Positions 36,390-46,615 of a stretch of DNA of 46,615 bases are shown in pieces. Source of the stretch: Paraspadella gotoi (Eukaryota > Animalia > Chaetognatha); contig CM119270.1 in NCBI GenBank assembly GCA_051294375.1, positions 477,362-523,976 of the forward strand. Reading direction: 5' to 3'. The position numbers and the translations under genes are program-made. The notes beneath the pieces were generated by a model that was given only the letters and a program-made list of their open reading frames with translations, did not search any database and was not told the origin of the DNA. Every line of letters begins with the position of its first letter. Positions within the stretch are counted from its first letter, which is position 1.

Positions 36390-39300
36390 NNNNNNNNNNN
36401 NNNNNNNNNNNNNNAAAAGAGAGAAGATATACCATATATAGAGAGAGATTAACACGATAGTATATCTCCCGAAGGATGTCAACAGGGAAGTCTACAAACA
36501 TCACCTGCGCTAAGTCTCCTTTCTAGAGTGTGTCACGTCCGCGATCGCCGGACTATATTAGTTGTGGGAGGGCGCGTAATCGTTTTTTTCTCCAGTGACA
36601 CGATCTCTGTTGCGGTCGGTTTGGTCCTTAAAAGCGCGTGAGAAAAAATATTTTGCTGCGTTCCGACCAACTTTGGTGTAGTAAGAGGAGTCCTGTGCGC
36701 AGTTTATGTCAGTCAGTGTATTTTTTATGAGCAGTGAATCTGTGCTGTTCGTAGGCGAGGCATCTTGGGAGTGGAGAACTCTCAGTTTATCGTCTTAGTT
36801 GTACACACTTACTTCATTGTGAAGCATCGCGATGGCTGTCGAGATTTTACCCCACTGGAACTGTGAACTCACAGAAGCGCCACGAAATGGGAAGGAGAGT
36901 GAGAGGTCTAGGTAAACGAGAAGATGGATAAGTAAACTGTAGAGATTGGATAGAAGTGAGATTGGAGACAGAGAGAGGACAGAGGACGAGAGGAGAGAGA
37001 GATGAGAGAGGAAGAGAGACGACGAGAGATGACAGAGGAGTATATTGTAACAATATGGGAGAACTGGGACGCGCATCTGTAAGAGAATTCGAATACAGAC
37101 CCTGAGGAGAGCGTACGCAGGTTCAGATCGGCACGACAACGCAAAGAAGACGGAGAGAGCGCCGAGAGACGACCGAGATCTGACCGAGATGAACGTGCAC
37201 ATAAATTGGAGATGTGCGATCTTTTCGTGAGGAGGACCAACCTTCTGAGCTCTTCGCAGGTGTGATCACGTGACCTAGACACTCATCTCCGTGTATAACG
37301 TGAGTCTCCTCACTATAAAGCTACCTCTCTCTATTCCCGCGTGGCGTACTATATCTTACGAGAGAGTGCACGTGAACAGTTCCGTTCACCAGATCCTTGA
37401 CAGTCTCTCATCAGAGATTCGATCAGTAACGTGCGTCCAGCTAAAGTCAAAACTTTGTGTTATTTCAATCTACGTTCTCAGTCGGTATAGCTTCTATGAA
37501 GTTGCTGTGGCACGGAGTCCAGTGTGTCTCTCCAGGCGGAACTCACAGCCGAGACTCTCTCGATTATCTTCATTTCATTTCAATTCATTTCAATTCATTC
37601 AATTTCCATTCTCATTTACTTCTATCATTTTCTTAGTTTGTGAGTGTTACAATATTTGTTATGTGCATTTCATATATCTTCTCTCTTTAGTAGCTATCGT
37701 GCCGTAAGTCGTGTTTTCTCCTCGAGAGAGTTTGATAGTTACATCATCACCAGTGTACCTTTCAGCTTTCTCATATTGTGTTTTGTCCGTCAGCATTCTA
37801 CTCCGTTTTTTGGTATATACCTCTGAGAGTAAATTAGTCCTTATTCGATATGAGGCCGAGATGAGAATCCATTAGTGCCAAGGTCCGAGAGAGTACGATG
37901 TGAGAGATCCTCAGAGAGACTCGAGTATGACATAGGAGAACTCTGAGGTCACAGGCCTTGACACGCAAATCAGAAAATTCATCGCAGGTTGCGCTTACCC
38001 GAGGCTTCCAGTGATGATTAATTCTATCAGCACTAGGAGAGTGTTATTCTGCACTAATTATTTTTCTTAGCCAACCCAAGGGCCGCCCCTATGTGTGGTC
38101 CTCTTGCCTTGCACGGTGCTCTCCGCGTACCACTTTCATCTGTCATTCACTCATCTCTGTAACCATCCTGCATTATCCCATGCTCCTCATCTCCTCTCGT
38201 GGCCTTCACTGTATCTCTCTGAGTAACTTTCTTCTCATCTGCAAGTACTCTTTCCTCCTTTCTCGATGCTCTCATCTCACTTTCCGCTCTTCTCTTCTCT
38301 ATCTTTCTCTCTGTGTCGTTTGGCATGAAATCAACGACATTCGATTTCTCTCACTCTGTGTGCGTGCGACACTGCATCTACAACTGTTTAAGTTCATGGG
38401 TCTCAATTTCATCACTCTTGACAGTGTGACTAGAGTCTCTGGAGGATCACTAAAGTTCGTCAGCCATAATAAGCGAGTCTCGCTCGATCTTCTTCCGCGT
38501 GCGACACTGTTTCGCTGTAGACTCCTGGCTTCCTCGCGCCTTGCATGCAGTTCCCTGCAGTCTCCAGACGGTTCGATTCTGCTAACTCACTCGAGCCAGA
38601 CCTCTCAGACGCGTTAGACCTGATTTACCGTTATTCTTCGTCTTCTCTCGGTCGCCTATACTCTGTTCTCTTCAGTTGCCATCTGATATTATGTCTTCTC
38701 GTCGTGTTATTTCGCGTTGTCTGCCCCTCTGCGCGATACACCTACGGTGAAGATACATGCCTACGAGCCATTTCCCATGTGTCCTTTCTTTCCGAGTATA
38801 TATGATCTGACTTTTTCTCATCTACGGAGTTTTCTCCGCTTCTATTAGCGAATCACGAGACTCTTTCTCGACTTCTCAGTCTTGGCGCCTGCTTTTTCGT
38901 GATGCTCCTGCTAATCCTTTTCTGCATTTCGGTCATCTTTTCCGCAAATAACTGATTTCCGGGCATGTTGTCAGATTCCCTAGCAGTCCGCTTAACTTCG
39001 ACACACTTGGCTCCTTGCCTCCGATCCCGCCGACTGCTCCCCATCTCGCAGCCGTATTTGTTCTGTTATACTCCCCTCACGACGTGCATCATCTTTCTTC
39101 TATCCTTCCACCTCGCAGCATCGCATCCCGATTTTTCTTCCGCTCACCTTCTATATAATCTCTTCTTCTTTCCCAGAGATTTTTGTCTCTCTTTATCGCA
39201 TCTTAAGCTAGTTCTTACTCGTTAACATGCCCTCCATGGCACTGCCATCTTCACACACCGCTTAGTCGTTGTGCCCTTTGGTCTCTTCCACTCATCTCTA

Positions 39301-42300
39301 TTCAGCAATTATTGTCTGTACTAATCATTTGTGTCAGGTAGTAGCGTCTTGTCTCGTCTGCCGCGACGTGGCGCAGAGGTAGTAGGTGTTACAATTGGTG
39401 GAGGTGACACGGTTAGATTGAGTTCGCGGTCGCCCTTCGTCGCCCACTCCAAGTATGAGGCCGGTAGATCGACGTAAAGCTTCTACTCGAACCCATCGGC
39501 GACAGAGAGGGATCCGGAGACACGAAAGACGCCACAGGAGCTGACAAGGCGTAAGCAAGGAGGGAGCGCATACCGAAGATCCCGCCGAGGAGAATGACCG
39601 CTCGTTATGTTAGTAAGTTAGGCACTTCTTTTGAGTCTCTACTGTTTGTGCGGTCGTGACGCGTGTCTTATCTTATCGTATACTATGCACGTGAGGTAGG
39701 TGGTGTCTATTAGTCCATTCGAACTGCCGTCTGTATTAAGAGAGATCTCTGACTTAGTCTTCCGCGACGAGACCGATGAGTGGAGTGACTCACACGTGAC
39801 CAGGAAGAGAGAGTATAATGGCGAGGCGCTCTTGCAATGCATCGCCGCAACGATAAGATCGTCTTGCTCCGAGGCGCTCCTACCAACCAACCATTTCGTT
39901 CTTCCATACCTGAGAGTAAAGTTAAGGTCGTTCTAGTGACATAATGCCGTTGCTCCGCCATCCAGGCTGCTTCCGTCGTTGGGTACCCTGCGGTGGCAGA
40001 GTGTTCGTGTGTGCGGGGTATAAGAGAACTCACTTGTGGAGGCATTTCGGTTCGGAAATAGGATGCAACTGAGGAATCGGAAGCGGATGAGAAATATAAA
40101 ACTAACATTAATCTGTTATCAGATAATCACAGACCAAGTTAAGAGACACAACGAAAAGAGCTGGCTCTGGGAGAAAGATTCCATCTTGCAAGGGATTTGC
40201 CAATAAAAATATCTGAGTATATCTCTCTGTACTATAAGCTAAATATGTTGCAAGTTCCATCGTGTGGGCTAACCTCGCGCAAGAAGGGAGTGCAGTTAGT
40301 TTTTGCCCGTAGGCACACTCACTCCAGCCTCACGGCGCGAGATGGAACAGAGGTACAAAATCGATGAGAGAAGAGATCACGGATGCGTGAGTGGTTGAAA
40401 GAGAGCAGAGAGACGAGACCTCGCGAGGCGAGACATGGAGGACAAGTAGTATGAGAGAGCAGAGAACGTGACAAGAGTCTGTCTCTGCTGTTGACGGTTC
40501 TCCTGCAATACAGAACACGGAACGCCGGATTAAAGAGAGTGGAGGCCTTCGAGAGGTATAGTGCCACCGAGAGGACAAACGCGCGGCACATAGCGAGCTG
40601 TGTCTCGAGGACTCGAAAGATCTCGAGTCTCGCCGCTTGTGCCACTGACTCCTCTGCAATAAACTCGCCCGTGGTTCTGAGACGCGGGCGCCCAGCTGTG
40701 TGTCACTCGAGATGAGTACCTCCTGGATTGCGAGACTCCGCATGTCTTCTTGACTTGCAACTCGGTGACTTGCAAAGTGCGAGAACACATGTGACCGAGA
40801 AAGAGACGACTAGAAAAACAGCAATTTTTTGATATATGAGAGACTGTATATTAGCGCAAATCCGTGCGCGTGAAATCGACCAATACAAGATATGTGCTAT
40901 TGATCACCATATCATCTTTACCGTGATATCCTGTCGTGTTAGTAGCTTCTAACATCTGTCTTGAGCGAATATGCATAAAAATTAGATGCTTAAGGCCCAC
41001 AGGACCTAAAGTTCGCTTTTTACTGTGACGTAAAACTCGCTGCACTGCAGCATCATAAAATTGTCACTCCGCTGAGCTGCTCGCTTTGTAGGCCTCTTGT
41101 TTAGAAAAAATTAAGTCCATTAAACAATACCAGCCATAGACTAGCTTGAGCAAGAGCGTTATGAGACGCACGGAGAGAGAGAGATGCGAGATGACGTGTA
41201 GAAGCGAGAGAGAGAGGAGAGAGAGGACGCACGTAACCGGCAATGTACGCTGATGCTTGACGCACCGAAGAGTCCACGGAAAGTGGGACGTGCGAGCGGC
41301 GAGAGTCCAAGCGCCGTTGCGTGTAAGCGCGGAAACCGTCCGAGAGCTCGAGAGAGAGAGCCGAAATCTGAATGAGGGCAGTAATCGGCGAGGCTTGTCG
41401 TCACCGTGGCCAACGTGAGGTCGAATGTGGTGTGGGGCGCAACGAATCCGATCACTGGCAGTCCTAGCCGAATGACGTGGGCCTAAAGTCCTGACACGCG
41501 GCACGCAGAGAATGTCCCTACGAGTCTCTTGGAGAGTGTGGCTCTCGCCACAGAGCTCTATGGCAGTCGGGCATCGCAACTGTGCTGTGAACCGGTCATC
41601 AAAGGTTGACCTAATTGGTGACATATGAAAAGGGCGTCTCTACAGCACACGGCATCGTAAAGGCAGTTTGGGGTGACGGGCCGGAAAAGTCCTAAGAATC
41701 TACATGGCCTACGAATATCTAGGTAAGAAAAGGAAAGAAGGAGTGTTAATCTTCCTAAAGAAAGGAAAAACGACATCTATCGCAAAAACGGTAATAACAA
41801 AGGCAACAAATAATGGGGGAAAAGGGGGAACAATCTCTACAAATATGAATATGAAGAGAATTTGCGAGATACATCCGATAGATGATGTTATCCTATTTAG
41901 GATCACCAGAGGAGAGGAGGATTATATAAAACCAGGTATTTATAAAAGTACGAGGAAGATTTTAGCAATATATACAATGAATATCACAATGGAAAGGCTC
42001 TAAGGATATGAGAACCGAAAGAATGATTGATTAAATCTATTATAATGTGCTGTGAGTGACGAATATAGTTTTAAAGTAGATTGCAATAGATCACTGAGAT
42101 TTTATCACGAACTATATGTACATACAATTACAATATGATTAGAGGCGATTAGAGAGTACTTTAATAAACTCGGCCGACCCCATATGCCTGCTAGGCGAAA
42201 AAATGGACATATCAGATGCTCGCGGCGCAATATGTGTAGGACTCTCGCGGAGTTCTAAATTAATTCCGTCTGTGCGCGGACCGAGCTTAATCGTAACTAC

Positions 42301-43220
42301 GAGCAGTCCGACCGAGAGAGAGTGATAGGGACAATAGAGCACGACGGAGCCTGGTCCTCGGTCTATTACAGCCCTGCTCCCTTTGTGAGTGTACGCAGCG
42401 CGACACGTGCATTCTCCCGAGACATATCTCTCGCTTGTGACAGCGAGAACAACTCTAAGAAACTTTGTGTATTTTCTGGTCGATGTTATATGAGGTGTTT
42501 ATTCTGTTGATTTAGGTTGTATAAGTTGAAAGTATATTATATGTATATAGATCTAATGTTAGATAAATTATTTACATATTGAGGAATAACTGCACAGTAA
42601 ATAGGAGGAAAATAAATGAAATGAGAAACAATTGTAAGTTATGTTTTAATCACTTTTAAATATACAAATATAAGTAAGTAGCCCAGTCAGGCATAAAAAT
42701 TTTTTATAAGAGTGCTAGCAAACTTGTATAAAATGATTTAAAATTTAAATTTTTTTTTTGAAATTCTGAGACCCATAATCAGATAATGTTTAAAAAGTTT
42801 AGTAAAATGATATTCTATAATAATATGTCAAAAAATTAATAAATTAATTGAGAGTCTATATAGTCTAATATTAGAGGAGAATCCAATATGTGGAGATATC
42901 TATGAAAAATTTAGGAATTATGCCATTATGTAATAATAATATATTTAAGGACAGACTATTATATATTTTATTATCATGAAAAATGAAAAAGAAAGAAAGA
43001 TAAGAGATGACCTGACGCCAGTGATCACAGAGAGAGATGGAGTGCAGCTAATTTGGTTATGTGAGAATTAATAATGAAGTGAGAGACTATTAAAACCTCA
43101 ATATATTTATCCTGTGTTATTAGGTAGTATGTTTATTCTCTGCAATAAGAATTAAAGTGGATGGTTGCCATAGTGAAATCAACTGAGGAAAGAAAAGGTG
43201 GAGGGGGAGAGAGCGAGAAG

Positions 43221-43261
<41 letters not shown>

Positions 43262-43754
43262 GAGAGAGAGAGAGAGAAGAAAGAGTGACTGAATCGTTAA
43301 AGAGAAGAAAGAAATAAATGTTAATACTGAATTCCAGTTAGGAGAGAGTCGATCGAGAGAGGGAGAGAAAGTCACGTTTCGCGAGAGTAAGGGAAGAGGG
43401 GGAGGAGAAAAGAGGAAGGGATAGAGAGGTAATATACAAGGCCGTCGACTCCACTTTTTTTCGTTCTTTTTTATTTCTTTTTCATTTTCCGAGTAAGACA
43501 AAAGAAAATTCGTTAGAATTACCCTCTGCGTCTTCGGCGGCGCATCAATCATATCGGGCGTCTCCAATTTTGTTCTCTCTCATCTCTCTCTCTCTCATCT
43601 CTCTCATCTCTCTCTCTCTCTCTCTCTGCTCACTCTGCTCCTGCTCTTATCTTTGCACCTGGCGCCTTCTCTCAGCATTGATTAGGTCGCAGCGAACAAA
43701 AATCGTCGAGGAGAAAAAGAAAAAAAATCCTTAAACAGATAAAGCGCCTGGTAG

Positions 43755-43821
<67 letters not shown>

Positions 43822-44592
43822 AGAGAGAGTGAGAAAGAGTTGGTTCGTTTGGGTTGATTCATCCATTTATTCATTCATTGTTTAATTACTTCATTTTATT
43901 TTGTCGTTGATTCATTCATTCTTTCATTCTTTTCTTTTCTTTTCTTTCTTTCTTCTCCCTCTTTCTCTTTCTCTGTCTCTCTCTCTCCGACACAAACAAG
44001 AGCCCGAACTGAGAGCCCGAACTCTCTCTCTTTTACTCCATCTTTCTCTAAATACTCGTCAACCGCTTCTCAACAATGTAAGTAATTTCTCTCTTTTGGT
44101 TTTTTTCATCTGGAATGATCTCTCTCTCTTTTTCTTCTCCTTTCATTTTCTTTCTTTTTCCTTTATTTTCCCTTTTTTTTTTCTCTTCGTTTCATTAACA
44201 TCAGTCAACTGAGGCGCAAAGTCCGCCCTCCCGCGGTCTTGAAGGACGCCTGGCCCCCGAGAAAGACCGACCGACCGACACCGTCTTCTTCCTCTAAATC
44301 AGCTGTATGCAAATGAGATTCTGAACTCCTTTCGATCCTCGTCGTTCGTCGTTCGTCGTTGTTCGTCGCTCGAGGCTGTTCTGGGTCNNNNNNNNNNNNN
44401 NNNNNNNNNNNNNNNNNNNNNNNNNNNNNNNNNNNNNNNNNNNNNNNNNNNNNNNNNNNNNNNNNNNNNNNNNNNNNNNNNNNNNNNNNNNNNNNNNNNN
44501 NNNNNNNNNNNNNNNNNNNNNNNNNNNNNNNNNNNNNNNNNNNNNNNNNNNNNNNNNNNNNNNNNNNNNNNNNNNNNNNNNNNNNNNNNNNN

Positions 44593-44623
<31 letters not shown>

Positions 44624-44743
44624 CTCTCGACCTGAAACCTTTTTTTTCCATTTCGTCTCGCTCTCTGTCCCGCATTTCGCCAACTGCGAATCGCATCTGC
44701 TACTTTTCCGCTTTTGAAAAGAGAACTGCGTTTATTTTCGAAA

Positions 44744-44821
<78 letters not shown>

Positions 44822-45250
44822 ATATCACAAATTGAAACAGAACAATGATTATAAATTAAATTAAACTGTGAAAGAATCTTCATTAAAAGCTTGCTGGATT
44901 TTACAAGCTCATACTATCTTTGAAGAAAGCAAAGAGAATAGACAGGGTTTCATGGTTAAATTTATAATATAGAAATTAAAGTGGATATTTAACAGAAAAG
45001 GTCTAATTTAAACGAAATTTAAAGTCCAGGATTCATCTTGACTTCAGTCGTCGTCGTTGTCGTCGTCGTCGTTGTCGTCGTCGTCGTCAGTTTCATGGAC
45101 TTTCTGTTGCTGTTGTTGCTGTTTTCATTGATGTTGTTGTTGTTGTTGTTATTTACTCTCGAACTCGATTCCGCTTTTTTGAATCTCGCGTCTTTTCCGA
45201 TTCGAATCTCAACCTTGATTTTTATCTCTCTCTCTCTCTCTCTTTCTATC

Positions 45251-45303
<53 letters not shown>

Positions 45304-46615
45304 TTTCCCCTTTGATCCCAATTTCGAGTTTTTATCTCCGAAACCAAAAAAAAATGAAAAACCGAAATTCGATGAAATTTTTTTCTTTTTTTTTCTTTCT
45401 TTCTTTTTGTCTTTTTTTCTTTTTGTCTTTTTTTCTTTTTTTNNNNNNNNNNNNNNNNNNNNNNNNNNNNNNNNNNNNNNNNNNNNNNNNNNNNNNNNNN
45501 NNNNNNNNNNNNNNNNNNNNNNNNNNNNNNNNNNNNNNNNNNNNNNNNNNNNNNNNNNNNNNNNNNNNNNNNNNNNNNNNNNNNNNNNNNNNNNNNNNNN
45601 NNNNNNNNNNNNNNNNNNNNNNNNNNNNNNNNNNNNNNNNNNNNNNNNNNNNNNNNNNNNNNNNNNNNNNNNNNNNNNNNNNNNNTTTTTCTTTTTTTCT
45701 TTTTCTTTCTTTCTTTTTTCTGTTTTCTTTTCTTCTTTTTTCCTTTTTTTTTCTGATCGAATTTTTATTTTTTCGTGAATCCGTGATTCGGTGAACGAAG
45801 CCCTTCTTCCACTCACGAGTGANNNNNNNNNNNNNNNNNNNNNNNNNNNNNNNNNNNNNNNNNNNNNNNNNNNNNNNNNNNNNNNNNNNNNNNNNNNNNN
45901 NNNNNNNNNNNNNNNNNNNNNNNNNNNNNNNNNNNNNNNNNNNNNNNNNNNNNNNNNNNNNNNNNNNNNNNNNNNNNNNNNNNNNNNNNNNNNNNNNNNN
46001 NNNNNNNNNNNNNNNNNNNNNNNNNNNNNNNNNNAAAAAGTCATAAAAAAGTGAAAACAAAATTAAATTATTAAAAGTAAATGAAAAATTGAGCCATTCT
46101 ATTTCATGGTCAGTCCTCAATCGTTATTGTAGTATAGTAGGAGTTATGGTAGTAAGCTTAACGATTTCTTGCCCCAAACTCTAATTACAACACAATTTTA
46201 GGCATAAAACAGTCGACGTAATTTATTCAGTTTATATCGCCATTCCATCAACGGTAGAGTGATGTGAAATTTAAAAAAAATATAAAATTAAAATTTAGCA
46301 TATGGAACATGAAAATAAAAACCAATAAAAATACTTTGGTAAATTTATTTTTTAATTTTATACATTAGTGACTACCAGTGATCTATATTTATATATGATA
46401 ATAAATATATAATAGGCTAAATTTAAAAATGCAAATTTTTAAATTTTAAGATCAAATTTGGATTCCTTGCAAAAGACTTAATAAGACTTAATAATATAAT
46501 TTTTGAAACAGAATTTCATTTTCTTTTATCAACTTTTAACAAGGAATCTGAATTGGTTCTCAGAATTTAAAAAAAAAATTAAATTTTAACATTATACAAG
46601 TGTAGCACTATAAAA

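Noticed and set aside
41704-42003. 99-aa ATG-initiated ORF
   Set aside because: Lies in the probable low-accuracy segment and has no recognisable motif.

Overview
Draft-assembly scaffold from an invertebrate-type animal genome: AT-rich, saturated with (AG/CT)n, (ACG)n, (AAT)n, (TTCG)n and (TTGA)n microsatellites, with about 19 N-gaps. The only gene I can identify is a two-exon SoxC-group (Sox4/11/12-like) HMG-box transcription factor on the minus strand (exon 1 11620-11333, 303-nt GT-AG intron, exon 2 11029-9681). As assembled, its HMG box carries small indels just after the intron, so the spliced CDS is out of frame; sequencing error is the likeliest cause. Much of the large-scale structure looks like long-read gap-filling artefact: near-duplicate blocks flanking exactly-25-N gaps and a roughly 6.7-kb scrambled-looking segment. 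Smaller items of interest are a 3' tRNA-Leu fragment ending in CCA, a near-palindromic 25-bp satellite with a 75-bp higher-order repeat, palindromic E2F sites upstream of SoxC, a 19-bp TGACAG+CATTGT triplet repeat and two candidate orphan exons. I find no convincing evidence for a new biological system; most ORF-track entries are microsatellite or N read-throughs.
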